Translations under genes and position numbers: made by a program
Origin: Dehalococcoidia bacterium
Lineage (GTDB): Bacteria > Chloroflexota > Dehalococcoidia > Lucifugimonadales > JADFKI01
Length of the DNA stretch: 64,000 nucleotides
Direction of reading: 5' to 3'
Assembly (NCBI GenBank): GCA_965242555.1
Contig: CBDESO010000003.1
Coordinates: forward strand, 251,385-315,384
In this document: in pieces, positions 27,227-37,141 of the stretch
Layout of the letters: every line of letters begins with the position of its first letter
Numbering within the stretch: the stretch's first letter is position 1
Notes under the pieces: generated by a model
What the model was told of the DNA's origin: nothing
The model's database searches: none
What the model saw: only the letters and a program-made list of their open reading frames with translations

Positions 27227-27469
27227 CCAGCCACGCCGCCGCAAACGGCGGCAACGGCTGAGTAGCCGAATACAAGCGCAAGCGATATGAGGGCGGCTCT
27301 CTTTCACAAGGGAGCCGCCCTTTCGCGCGGGCAAGCAAAGCATATACAGCCAATCCCGATTTGCGGTAAAGTTATTAGCGGGGATTTGTGGGGATTGGCG
27401 GATTATCGCGGGCATATGAGCGCGGCTTGCGGCGGGCAAGCGGCAGGCTATACGGCGGGCTATACGGGG

Positions 27470-28857
27470 ATGGCTATGGGCGCGAAACTGACTTACGACG
27501 AGGCGCTGGCGCGCGTGATGGGCTTGGCGGATTTTGAGCGATCCACGCACAGCCCGGGCCACTCCGCGTTTCACCTTGAGCGGATGCGGCTGCTGATGGC
27601 GCGGCTGGACGACGCGCATCTCGCCACGCCCACGGCGCACATCGCCGGCACTAAGGGCAAGGGCAGCACGGCGGCTATGGCGGCGTCCATTCTGGCGGCG
27701 GCGGGCTACAGGTAGGCATGTACTCCTCGCCGCACCTGCACAGCGCCACTGAGCGCGTCCGCGTGAATATGCGGCCCATTTCCCGCCGCGATTTCGCGGA
27801 CGTGGTAGCCTGCGTATGGCCCGCGGTGGAGCATGTGGGCGCGAATGGCGGCTACGGCGGCGTAACCACCTTTGAGGCGCTCACCGCTATGGCGTTCACC
27901 CACTTCGCCCGCATCGGCGCGGACTACCAGGTGATAGAAGTCGGGCTTGGCGGCCGCCTTGACGCCACGAACATCGTCAAGCCGCAGGCGTGCGCCATCA
28001 CATCCATCAGCCTGGATCACACCGCCACGCTCGGCAACACGATAGCCAAGATAGCCGCCGAAAAGGCGGGCATCATCAAGCCGGGCGCGCCGGTGGCGGC
28101 AGCGCCGCAGCGGGATGAGGCTATGGCGGTCATACGGCGGGCGGCCGCCGAGCGCGGCGCTGACCTGGTAGCGGTGGGCGAGCGCTACTCGTGGCGCGGG
28201 CTGCGCGCCGATATGCGGTCGCAGACGTTCCGCCTGGAAGGCCCTCGCCGCGCGTATGAGCTTGAGACGCAACTGCTGGGCGATTATCAGATGGAAAACG
28301 CCGCCACCGCCGTTGCGCTGGTAGAGGCGCTGGAGGCGCAGGGAACGCATTTGCCGGAGGGCAGCGTAGATCGCGGGATGCGGGCTACCGGCTGGGACGC
28401 GCGGCTGCAGACGCTGTCCACGCCTGAGGACGGCGGCAACCTGCTTGTGGTTGACGGCGCGCACAACCCGTACTCTATGGAACGGCTGGCGGACGCCGTC
28501 CGAGAGCATTTCGCGTACAAGCGCCTGATAGTGATATTCGGGGCGCTTGGCGGGCATAGCGCGGCGGGGATGCTCGCCGCCCTAGCGCCTCTCGCGCCGG
28601 TGATAGTGGCGGCGCAGTCGCGGCATCCGCGCTCGGCGCCGGGCGCGACGATTGCCGCCGCCGCCAAGCAAGCCGGCCTGGAAGTGGCTTTCAGCGCCGA
28701 CGACGTGGCCTCCGCCGTCCGATATGCGCTGTCCATCGCGGGCGCGGACGATATGGTTCTGGGAACGGGATCGCTGTCGGTCGCCGCCGAGGTGATAGAA
28801 GAGGCGCGCGGCATTCCGCCTGAGCTGTATCCGTATATGGGCAGGGTTCGCGGATAG
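27470..28857 (+). pseudogene. folC: Folylpolyglutamate/dihydrofolate synthase, interrupted as assembled by a 1-nt frameshift at 27711-27715
   Basis: ...HIAGTKGKGSTAAMAASILAAAGYR* (frame 1), then MYSSPHLHSATERV... (ORF 27718..28857). The expected GYRVGMYSSPHL is restored by adding one G to acaGGtagg. Confidence 0.8.
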
Positions 28858-29013
28858 CCAGATGGCAAGAGATTGGGCGCTTTGGGATATGAGCGGCGGG
28901 CGGCGGGCTGTATAATTGGCGGCAGGCAAGGACGAAACTCGGCTTGGGCTTGTTGATACGGCGGGACTGACCGGCCTGGCCGGGATTGACCGAACTAACA
29001 AGGAGACGCGGGA

Positions 29014-30264
29014 ATGGAGCATAGGCGCAATCGGGTTGTGGTTACGGGAATGGGCGCGGTTACGCCGCTGGGCGAGTCGGTGAACGAGTACTGGGATAGC
29101 CTTGTGCGGGGCAAGTCGGGCATACGGGGGATGACGCTCGCCGACCCGACGGCATATCCCTGCAAGGTGGCCGGCGAGGTTCCCGACTTTGACCCTGGCA
29201 AGTACATCAACCCGCGCGAGGCTCGGCGTATGGCGCGGTTTTCGCAGATGGCGATAGCGGCGGCGGCGCTGGCGATCGAGGACGCCGCGCTTGACTTGTC
29301 GGCGGAGGACGAAGAGCGCATGGGCGTTGTGATGGGCAACGGCAACGGCGGCTTTCCCACCACTGAGGACAACGCGCGGCTGCTTGTCAATCGCGGCGGC
29401 ATGCGCGTCAGCCCGTACTTCATCCCGATGATACTGCCGAATATGGCGGCGGCGAATGTGAGCCGCATATTCGGGCTGAAGGGCTACACTTCCACGGTCA
29501 TAACGGCATGCGCGGCCGGCACTCAGGGGATAGGCGAGGCGGCGGAGGCGATACGGCGCGGCGCGGCGGATGTGGTGCTGGGCGGCGGCTGCGAGGCGGG
29601 CATCTGCGAGCTTGGGCTTGGCGGGTTCAATGTCATCAAGGCGCTCACGCGGCGGGATGTGCCGCCGCACAAGGCGAGCTGCCCGTTTGACGCCGACCGC
29701 GACGGGTTTGTGCCGGCCGAGGGCGCGGCGATTTTCGCGCTGGAGAGCCTGGAGCATGCGATTAGCCGGGGCGCCGAGCCGCTGGCTGAGGTGGCGGGCT
29801 ACGGCGTCTCATCCGACGCCTTTCACGCGGTACAGCCGGACGAGGACGGCTCCGGGGCGGCGCGCGCTATGCGCTGGGCTATCGCCGACGCCGGCATGCA
29901 GCCGGCGGACATTGACTACATCAACGCGCACGGCACATCCACGCCCAAGAACGACGCGGTGGAAACGCTGGCTATCAAGAGCGTGTTCGGCGCGGGGGCT
30001 TACGATGTGCCGGTGAGTTCCACGAAGTCTATGATAGGCCACGCGCTAGGCGGCGGCGGCGCGCTGGAGGCGGTGGCATGCGTCAAGGCGATACAGACGG
30101 GGTGGATTCACCCGACCATCAACTACCACACGCCCGACCCCGACTGCGACCTGGACTATGTGCCGAATGAGGCGCGGCAGATGCGCGTTGACGCGGCGCT
30201 GTCCAATAGTTTCGGCTTTGGCGGACAGAACGCCTGCGTTGTGCTGCGCCGGTTTGAGGAGTAG
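29014..30264 (+). CDS. fabF: Beta-ketoacyl-ACP synthase II
   Basis: RVVVTGMGAVTPLG, ITACAAGTQGIGEA, INAHGTSTPKND, KSMIGHALGGGGA and NSFGFGGQN. Confidence 0.9.
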   Translation: MEHRRNRVVVTGMGAVTPLGESVNEYWDSLVRGKSGIRGMTLADPTAYPCKVAGEVPDFDPGKYINPREARRMARFSQMAIAAAALAIEDAALDLSAEDEERMGVVMGNGNGGFPTTEDNARLLVNRGGMRVSPYFIPMILPNMAAANVSRIFGLKGYTSTVITACAAGTQGIGEAAEAIRRGAADVVLGGGCEAGICELGLGGFNVIKALTRRDVPPHKASCPFDADRDGFVPAEGAAIFALESLEHAISRGAEPLAEVAGYGVSSDAFHAVQPDEDGSGAARAMRWAIADAGMQPADIDYINAHGTSTPKNDAVETLAIKSVFGAGAYDVPVSSTKSMIGHALGGGGALEAVACVKAIQTGWIHPTINYHTPDPDCDLDYVPNEARQMRVDAALSNSFGFGGQNACVVLRRFEE

Positions 30265-30490
30265 GCGCAGGCGGGGATGGCGAGTCTTATGCAAACGCTT
30301 TGCCTTGCGCCGCTAGATCTCTATCCAAATAAGCGGGTAAGCGCGGGCGGGAATTACGCAAGCCCTCGCCTTGCGCCGCTGCATCCCTATCCAATAAGCG
30401 GATAGGCGCAGGCGGGGATTACGCAAATCCTTTGCCTTGCGCCGCTGCATCCCTATCCAATAAGCCAATAAGCGGGCAGGCGTGGACGGC
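30263..30490. repeat. Tandem repeat, ~65-67 bp unit x ~3.3
   Basis: The unit ttacgcaaRcccttgccttgcgccgctgcatccctatccaataagcggataggcgcaggcggggat starts at 30287, 30354 and 30419. Each unit has the hairpin CCTATCC-aataagc-GGATAGG. Confidence 0.75.
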
Positions 30491-30587
30491 GATGGCGCCG
30501 GCGGGATATTCGGTTGTTAAAGGGCAAGCCCTCTGCCTTGCGGATGCGCGCGGGCGGAGGGCTTGATTTCGCTCAGGGCAGGGCGCG

Positions 30588-30845
30588 CTAGGCGAGGCTG
30601 GCGGCGGCCGCCTCGGACTGGGTTACCATGTCGCTGAGCATCATCTGCATCGCCATGATGTGAACGCAGATCCCGCGGGTGATGAAGTAGTAACAGGTGC
30701 AGCTCCACTTGCCGGAGTCGTAGGTGAGTTCGTGGTCGTCGTTGTCTCCCCGGAACTTGGCTTGGCATTGGGTTAGGGTTACGCGGCCGTCCTGCACCGA
30801 GTAGTCTTTGGCTTTCTCCATCTTCCTGACGAGGCTTGAGTCCAT
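30588..30845 (-). CDS. Small SWIM zinc-finger protein (85 aa)
   Basis: CTCYYFITRGICVHIMAM fits CxCx(n)CxH. Confidence 0.55.
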   Translation of the reverse strand: MDSSLVRKMEKAKDYSVQDGRVTLTQCQAKFRGDNDDHELTYDSGKWSCTCYYFITRGICVHIMAMQMMLSDMVTQSEAAAASLA

Positions 30846-30988
30846 TCAGTTCCCTCCGTAGCGATTTTCGCAACAATATCGCGTTGGCAATCTTGCGGCA
30901 GCTTGGCGGCGCTGACGCTTGTCGCGATGCGGTTATGATACAAGATTGTTGCGGTTGGCGTAAGTGATTGTATCAAAGACGGCGGGTT

Positions 30989-32317
30989 TCATCCATAGTT
31001 TCGCGCGAGATTTTGGGCGGGCTTGGCTTGGGTTAGGGTTAGGGCGGCGGCGTAGAACAGGGCGGCGACGGTTATGAACGCGAAGTGGTAGCCGCCGGTG
31101 ATGTCAAACGATCCGCCCGCCAGCACGGGCCCGCCGAAGAACGAAATCGCGGTCGCCATATTGATGATGCCCATAATGCTGCCGTAGCGCCGTATGCCGA
31201 AGGCGTCTTGGATGATGAGGGGGAACAGCGCGCCGAAAGCGCCTAGGAAGAATCCGAATGAGGGGACGAATGTCCACAGGTATAGGCTGGATTGCGGCGC
31301 GAAGTGGGTTAGCAGCAGCAGGAATGTGGCTTGGCCGGTTAGGTCAATCATAAGCGCGTATCGCGCCGTGATGCGCTCGGCGAGCAAGCCCATAACGAAC
31401 TTGCCGGTCATGCCGCAGATGGCTATGGCGCTGAGGGCAAGGCCTGCGGTGGCAATTGAAACGCCCTCGGCGGTTAGGTGGTTGAACACTTGGGGCAGGA
31501 TGGCGCTGTAGGTGAATGTGCCAAGCACGACGGCGATCATCGTGGCGTAGAAGGCTTTGGAGCGCAGCGCCTCGCCGACTGACGCGCCAGTGAGCGCGGG
31601 AGGGCCGGCTTGGGTTTGGGCGGCGGCGGCAGTGGGATTGGCGGGATTGGCGGCGCGGCGGCGGACTTGGGCGACGGTCGGGTATTCGCGGACGACCAGC
31701 AGGGTGTAGATGGTGAGCGCCACGCCGATTACGCCGAAGAGCAGGTAAGCGCCCGCCCAAGAGGGGAGGGTTGCGCCGCTAATCTGCCACGACGCCGACA
31801 GCGCGAATGTGGTGATGAGGGGGAATGTGAATCCGCCGAAGTTGTTGCCCATAAGGGTGATGCCCATAACGCGGCCGCGCTTGTGGGCGAACCAGATGCC
31901 GACCAGCCTGCCCGCCGGCAGAATGGACGCGCCCGCGTAGCCCGCGTACTGGACTAGGCTGAGCGCGTACCAGTGCCAAAGCTCGCTCATCAGCGGGCGC
32001 AGCAGGTAGCTCACGGCGATGAGCAGCATAGACACGACCATAATGCCGCGCGCGCCGCGTCTGTCCATCACCCAGCCCAGCGCGGGCGCGATGAGGCTGC
32101 CGATCGCGGTGAACGACAGCGACAGGTTGATCTGCGTGCGCGTCCACCCGAACTGGGTTTCCAGCGGCTCTATGAATTGGCCAAAGGCGTACTGCCCTGA
32201 GCCGACGGTGAGGGTGGCTGCCAGGAATGGGGCGGATATGACCCACCAGCCGGCGTAGATGGCGGGAAGGCGCAGGCGCGGGCGGCGCGGCGGGTTGCGG
32301 CGGAGTGGGTGTGACAT
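30989..32317 (-). CDS. MFS transporter
   Basis: About 12 predicted helices, a DRRGARG loop motif and 442 aa. Confidence 0.8.
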   Translation of the reverse strand: MSHPLRRNPPRRPRLRLPAIYAGWWVISAPFLAATLTVGSGQYAFGQFIEPLETQFGWTRTQINLSLSFTAIGSLIAPALGWVMDRRGARGIMVVSMLLIAVSYLLRPLMSELWHWYALSLVQYAGYAGASILPAGRLVGIWFAHKRGRVMGITLMGNNFGGFTFPLITTFALSASWQISGATLPSWAGAYLLFGVIGVALTIYTLLVVREYPTVAQVRRRAANPANPTAAAAQTQAGPPALTGASVGEALRSKAFYATMIAVVLGTFTYSAILPQVFNHLTAEGVSIATAGLALSAIAICGMTGKFVMGLLAERITARYALMIDLTGQATFLLLLTHFAPQSSLYLWTFVPSFGFFLGAFGALFPLIIQDAFGIRRYGSIMGIINMATAISFFGGPVLAGGSFDITGGYHFAFITVAALFYAAALTLTQAKPAQNLARNYG

Positions 32318-32425
32318 TGTGAGAGAGTATAAAGGAAAAGGTGGGGGTTGTCAGGTTGGGTGGGGGTGGAAGGGCCGCAATGGGTTATGGGTGGACGCAC
32401 GGGGACTGCGGGGGCGGGGGCCGAT

Positions 32426-32463
32426 CTATTTTTTCCAAAAAAGTAGCAAAATTTTTGATCGGG
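32426..32463 (+). repeat. Intergenic hairpin element (copy 2)
   Basis: CTATTTTTTCCAAAAAAGTAGCAAAATTTTTGATCGGG. Confidence 0.5.
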
Positions 32464-32677
32464 TGTGCTGTGTGTTTGTTCTGTTAAAAATAGCGGGGAT
32501 TGTAGGGGGCGGTGCAAGGGTTATTTTTCAAATCCCCACTATGCGCTATAATGCCCATGCATCCTACTATCATCCTCTCAAACACTCTCCGGAGCGAGCA
32601 GCGTGTTGTTGCCAATAATAGAACATTCATCACATCAACATTCCCGCGCTGACGCAACGGCCGGCGGCTGATTAGCG

Positions 32678-33832
32678 ATGCGTATGGATACGATTAGCGC
32701 GGGCGTGGAGTATGATTTTGTGGCGCATCTGACGGGGTTTTGCAGGGCGCTGCGGGGGCATGGGCTGCTGGTGGGGCCGCGTGAGACGGCGGACGCCGCA
32801 AGGGCGCTGGCGGCGGTGGATGTGATGGATAAGTGGCGCGTGTATTGGGCATTGCGCGCGCTGCTGCCGTCCAGCCGGGATGAGCTGCCGATATACGACG
32901 CGCTGTTCGAGCGGTTCTGGCGCTTTGAGGCGATGCCGACGCGGCCGGATAGGCGGCCGGATGATGACGATCTTGTGGGCGGGGCAAAGGAGTTCAGGCG
33001 GTCGCCGAGCATGGGGGCGCTGCCGGAGGGGGATGACGCCGCCGAGCATACGCTTGTGCAGATGCTGCGGGAGGGGGCGAGCGCCAGGCGCGGGCTGGCG
33101 GCGCGCAGGGATCTGTCGGCGATACAAGCGGATGAGCTGGCGGAGCTGGAGCGCATCGCGGCGCGGATGGTCAGGGCGATGGCAGCGCGGCCGGGCAGGC
33201 GGCGCAGGCGGCATCCGCGCAAGGGCAGCCCGGATTTGCGCGGCGCTTTTCGGCTGAATATGAGCGCGGGAGGGGACATTGTGCGTATCCCTCGCAAGCG
33301 GCGGTTGCCTAGAACGCCGCGCCTGCTGGTTATGCTGGATGTGAGCGGATCTATGGACCGGCACGCGCAGTTGCTGCTGCAGCTGGCGTATGCGGTGGCG
33401 CAGCGGACGCGGCGCGTGGAGACGTTTGTGTTCAGCACGGGCGCGACGCGCATCACGCGGGAGCTGGACGCGCCGTCGTTTGGGGAGGCGCTTGCGCGCG
33501 TGGGCGGCGTGGTCGCGGACTGGTCGGGGGGGACGCAGATCGGCGCGGCGCTGGCGCACATTAACAACCGGCGCGATGGCCTGCTGACGCGCGATACCAC
33601 GGCGTTGCTGCTCAGCGACGGCTGGGATACGGGTGATCCGGAGCGCATCGCGCTGGAGGCGCGGCGTTTGCGGCGGCGCGTCCACAGGGTTGTGTGGCTG
33701 AATCCACTGCTGGGCAGCGATGGGTATGAGCCAACGACGCGCGGTTTGCTGGCGGCGCTGCCGTATGTGGATTGCCACGCGTCGGCGCGGGATGTGGGGG
33801 CGCTGAAGCGGTTGCCTGGGTTGTTAAGGTAG
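32678..33832 (+). CDS. VWA domain-containing CoxE-like protein
   Basis: N-terminal FCRALRGHGLLVGPRETADAARAL... and MIDAS LLVMLDVSGSM. Confidence 0.75.
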   Translation: MRMDTISAGVEYDFVAHLTGFCRALRGHGLLVGPRETADAARALAAVDVMDKWRVYWALRALLPSSRDELPIYDALFERFWRFEAMPTRPDRRPDDDDLVGGAKEFRRSPSMGALPEGDDAAEHTLVQMLREGASARRGLAARRDLSAIQADELAELERIAARMVRAMAARPGRRRRRHPRKGSPDLRGAFRLNMSAGGDIVRIPRKRRLPRTPRLLVMLDVSGSMDRHAQLLLQLAYAVAQRTRRVETFVFSTGATRITRELDAPSFGEALARVGGVVADWSGGTQIGAALAHINNRRDGLLTRDTTALLLSDGWDTGDPERIALEARRLRRRVHRVVWLNPLLGSDGYEPTTRGLLAALPYVDCHASARDVGALKRLPGLLR

Positions 33833-34056
33833 TGGGCGTGGGGCGCACGGACTAGGGTTTCGCCATAGTTGGCTAGCTTGCGGATTTGGCGGGCGATCTT
33901 GTAGCGCGTCTGCTACTCTTCGGATGCTATCCGCTCTCGCGTTATCCCGTTGCACACATTTGTTACGCCTCCCGTGTAGGGTTTTGGGCTTGGATATTTT
34001 ATTCGAATTAAATGTAATGAGGATATGTGGCGGGATTTTCAGGGCACATTGTGATG

Positions 34057-34084
34057 TTGATTGCCGGTGAAGTGATGGTATAAT
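34057..34084 (+). promoter_or_regulatory. Strong sigma70-like promoter with extended -10 (TTGATT-16-TGgTATAAT)
   Basis: TTGATT 34057-62, TG at 34076-77, TATAAT 34079-84, 100 nt before ATG 34184. Confidence 0.55.
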
Positions 34085-34183
34085 GCTCGCAAACCGAATA
34101 TAGCCTGCGCCGGCGAGTAGTTGGCGGGAAATGTTTGCGCGCGCCGTCGGACGCGGGTTTGGATTGGATGAGGAGTTGGCAGG

Positions 34184-34585
34184 ATGACAACGGCGACTGA
34201 TACGAATACGGAGCGGATTGCGCGGCTGGAGGGGGCGTATGAGCATCTGGCGACTAAGGCGGATTTGGCGCAGATGGAGTTGCGGCTGACGCAGGAGATG
34301 TCGCAGATGACGCAAGAGACGGCGCAGGCGGAGTCGCGGCTGACGCAAGAGATCACGCAGGCGGAGTCGCGGCTGACGCAAGAGACGTCGCGGCTGACGC
34401 AAGAGATGACGCAGATGGAGTCGCGGCTGACGCAAGAGATCACGCAGGCGGAGTCGCGCATGGCGCAAGAGATAGCGCAGGTGAAATCGAGCATGGCGCA
34501 GATGGAGTCGCGCATGACTTGGCGCATGATAGGCGCGGCGGGCGTAATCATTGCGGCTGTGGGGCTTATTGTGCGGTTCTTGTAG
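34184..34585 (+). CDS. Tail-anchored coiled-coil protein, elongated paralog 7 (133 aa)
   Basis: Same N-box (TERIARLEGAYEHLATKADLAQMELRLTQ) and tail (TWRMIGAAGVIIAAVGLIVRFL) as the 1.7-3.3 kb array. About 13 heptads of (Q/A)ESRLTQE(I/M)T. Confidence 0.75.
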   Translation: MTTATDTNTERIARLEGAYEHLATKADLAQMELRLTQEMSQMTQETAQAESRLTQEITQAESRLTQETSRLTQEMTQMESRLTQEITQAESRMAQEIAQVKSSMAQMESRMTWRMIGAAGVIIAAVGLIVRFL

Positions 34586-34764
34586 CGGCGCGCGATGGGG
34601 ATACTATGGGCGCAGTTTGGATTGACAGGGCGGCGGTTGCGGCTTACACTTTGCGCTAAGGGCGCAAGGGGCGGCGGTTGCTCTTGGGCAGGGTCAAGCG
34701 GGGCGCGGCGGCAAAGGGCGGGTTGGCGTTCAATGCCTATCCAATAGAGAGTAGGGGCGTTAGG

Positions 34765-35238
34765 ATGATAAGCGGGGTTTTGCGTAGGTATGCGGCGTTT
34801 GGCGGGCGGGCGACTAGGGCGGAGTTTTGGGGATTTGCGCTGGCGAGCGTTATTGTGTTTGTGGTGATTGGGTTTCTGGCGGGGTTTGGCGCGGCGCTTA
34901 GTCCGGGGGAATTGCCGATTATGGCGCTGCCGCTGGTTGTGTATGGGGTTGGCATGGTTGTTCCGGGCTTGGCGGCGATGAGTAGGCGGTTTCATGACGC
35001 GGGGTTTTCGGGGTGGATGGGGTTGGCGCTGCTGGTTCCCGTGGTGGGGTGGGTTGTGGTGGCTGTGTTTATGGCGCTGCCTAGCGAGCGGGGGGATAAT
35101 CGGTATGGGCGGGATCCGCGGAGCAAGGGGCTGCCGTCGTATCGGCCGGAGGCGGGCGTGAAGACGTGGGCGGGACATCCAGGATACGCGGGGTGGGATG
35201 GATCTCGCTTTGGGAACGGGGACGCTAATTTTTTGTAA
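34765..35238 (+). CDS. DUF805 family inner-membrane protein, copy 1
   Basis: Internal ATG. LRRYAAFGGRATRAEFWGF...RRFHDAGFSGW...PSERGDNRYG. Confidence 0.75.
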   Translation: MISGVLRRYAAFGGRATRAEFWGFALASVIVFVVIGFLAGFGAALSPGELPIMALPLVVYGVGMVVPGLAAMSRRFHDAGFSGWMGLALLVPVVGWVVVAVFMALPSERGDNRYGRDPRSKGLPSYRPEAGVKTWAGHPGYAGWDGSRFGNGDANFL

Positions 35239-35262
35239 GAGAGCGGGCGAAGGGCTTTCGGG
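35223..35262 (+). repeat. Intergenic hairpin element (copy 3, degenerate)
   Basis: CGCTAATTTTTTGTAAGAGAGCGGGCGAAGGGCTTTCGGG. Confidence 0.45.
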
Positions 35263-35292
35263 CGCGAAGAAGAAGAGAGAGGGGGCGCTAGG

Positions 35293-35667
35293 ATGATAAG
35301 CAATTATGTGGGGGTTCTGCGGAAGTACACGGCGTTCAGCGGGCGGGCTACTAGGGCGGAGTACTGGTGGTTTATGCTGACGCACTTTATTGTGGTTATG
35401 GCGCTGGGCGTACTCGCGGGGATTGGCGCGTCGCTTAATCCCGGGGAGTTGCCGAGTCTGGCGCTGCCGCTAATCGCGTATTGGATCGGCACGCTACTTC
35501 CGAGTTTGGCGGCGGTCGTGCGGCGGTTCCACGATGCGGGGTATTCTGGCTGGATGGCGCTGTTGCTGCTGATACCTACCATCGGCGGGATTATTGTGCT
35601 GGTGTTTATGGTTCTGCCGAGCGAGCGGGGGGATAATAAGCACGGGGCGTATCCGCATAGGGCGTAG
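35293..35667 (+). CDS. DUF805 family inner-membrane protein, copy 2
   Basis: VLRKYTAFSGRATRAEYWWF...RRFHDAGYSGW...PSERGDNKHG. Confidence 0.8.
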   Translation: MISNYVGVLRKYTAFSGRATRAEYWWFMLTHFIVVMALGVLAGIGASLNPGELPSLALPLIAYWIGTLLPSLAAVVRRFHDAGYSGWMALLLLIPTIGGIIVLVFMVLPSERGDNKHGAYPHRA

Positions 35668-35780
35668 AGGGCGCAAGCGCAAGAGGGGCGGCCGGCGGGA
35701 ATGACGCGGGGGCGGCTTAAGGCGCGCGGGCGACGAAGGTTGTCCGTTCAGGGCATAGTCAAGCGGGGGAGTTAAGCGGG

Positions 35781-36167
35781 ATGTTTATCGTCAATAATTA
35801 TGTGGGCGTGCTGTCCAAGTATGCGGGGTTTAGGGGAAGGGCTACGCGGTCGGAGTACTGGCTGTTCGTGCTGGCGAGCGTTGTCGTCTCAATCGTGGTG
35901 GGGATAGTGGGGAGTGTGCTGGGGCTGACGATTGGCGAGGGCGCCGGGGCTCCGAATATCCTGAGCCTGGCGTACACGCTGGCGGTGCTGCTGCCGTCTA
36001 TCGCGGTGATGGTTCGGCGGTTTCACGACGCCGGGCATTCGGGGTGGATGGCGCTGCTGATTCTGATACCCATAATCGGGCTGATCGCGGTGATTGTGTT
36101 TATGATTCTGCCTAGTCAGCAGGGGGATAATAGGCACGGGCCGGATCCGCGCGGGATGGCTGCGTAA
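35781..36167 (+). CDS. DUF805 family inner-membrane protein, copy 3
   Basis: VLSKYAGFRGRATRSEYWLF...RRFHDAGHSGW...PSQQGDNRHG. Confidence 0.8.
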   Translation: MFIVNNYVGVLSKYAGFRGRATRSEYWLFVLASVVVSIVVGIVGSVLGLTIGEGAGAPNILSLAYTLAVLLPSIAVMVRRFHDAGHSGWMALLILIPIIGLIAVIVFMILPSQQGDNRHGPDPRGMAA

Positions 36168-36198
36168 GGCGGGCAATCGGCGGGAACAACGCGGGGAC

Positions 36199-36236
36199 GC
36201 CGCTTTTTGTGAAAGAGCGGCCAAAAGGCTTTTGGG
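36199..36236 (+). repeat. Intergenic hairpin element (copy 4)
   Basis: GCCGCTTTTTGTGAAAGAGCGGCCAAAAGGCTTTTGGG. Confidence 0.55.
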
Positions 36237-36265
36237 CGTCAGGGATAATCGGGGGATAATCAGGG

Positions 36266-36640
36266 ATGATATTCATCAGCAATTACATCGGGGTTCTGCG
36301 GGAGTACGCGGAGTTTGACGGGCGAGCGTCTAGGGCGGAGTTCTGGTGGTTCGCGCTGGCGCAGGCGGTTGTGTTCGTGGCGCTTTGGGCGGTGGTTCAG
36401 GCGCTGCCGAGGCCGCTTAACGCGCTGTTCACGGGGATTAGCGTTATGTATATCATCGGGACGCTGCTGCCGATGCTGGGGCTAACGATGCGGCGGTTTC
36501 ATGACGCGGGATACTCGCGGTGGATGGCGCTGATGTGGCTGGTTCCGGTGGTTGGTTGGGTTGTGATGGCCGGGTTTATGGCGCGGCCGAGCGTGGCGGG
36601 GGATGATGAGGGGGATGCGAGCGGGGACGTCGCCGAGTAG
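36266..36640 (+). CDS. DUF805 family inner-membrane protein, copy 4
   Basis: VLREYAEFDGRASRAEFWWF...RRFHDAGYSRW. Confidence 0.8.
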   Translation: MIFISNYIGVLREYAEFDGRASRAEFWWFALAQAVVFVALWAVVQALPRPLNALFTGISVMYIIGTLLPMLGLTMRRFHDAGYSRWMALMWLVPVVGWVVMAGFMARPSVAGDDEGDASGDVAE

Positions 36641-36667
36641 GATGCGGGGGCGCAGGGGGATGTTCGG

Positions 36668-37033
36668 GTGATTATCGTCAGGAACTATGTCGGCGTTCTG
36701 CGTAAGTACGCGGTGTTTAGGGGGCGGGCGACGCTGTCGGAGTACTGGTGGTTTGCGCTGGCGCACTTTGTCGCACTCATCGCGCTCAACATACTCGGCA
36801 GGATTGGCTCGCCGGAGGATTTCCCATGGATCTTGCCGTTTTATCTGTATTATCTTGGCACAATTATTCCCTTTTTAGCGCTGACCGTGCGCCGATTCCA
36901 CGACAGGGGACATTCGGGCTGGATGATATTGCTCGGCTTACTCGGCTGGTTTATCGTGCTTATCTTTATGGCGCTGCCGAGCGAGCGGAGGGATAATAAG
37001 CATGGGCCGTATCCGCACTGGACGAGGGCGTAA
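36668..37033 (+). CDS. DUF805 family inner-membrane protein, copy 5 (GTG start)
   Basis: VLRKYAVFRGRATLSEYWWF...RRFHDRGHSGW...PSERRDNKHG. Confidence 0.75.
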   Translation: MIIVRNYVGVLRKYAVFRGRATLSEYWWFALAHFVALIALNILGRIGSPEDFPWILPFYLYYLGTIIPFLALTVRRFHDRGHSGWMILLGLLGWFIVLIFMALPSERRDNKHGPYPHWTRA

Positions 37034-37051
37034 GGGATAAAGCGCGGGGAT

Positions 37052-37089
37052 GCTACTTTTTGTAAGAGAGTAGGCAAAGAACTTTTGGG
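37052..37089 (+). repeat. Intergenic hairpin element (copy 5)
   Basis: GCTACTTTTTGTAAGAGAGTAGGCAAAGAACTTTTGGG. Confidence 0.6.
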
Positions 37090-37141
37090 TGTGTGGGCAG
37101 CGAAATTGCCCGTTTAAGCATAGACAAGGCGGAGCTGACCG

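Noticed and set aside
30263-30490. Possible CRISPR array.
   Set aside because: The units are contiguous ~65-bp tandem repeats without unique spacers, and no cas genes occur in the window.
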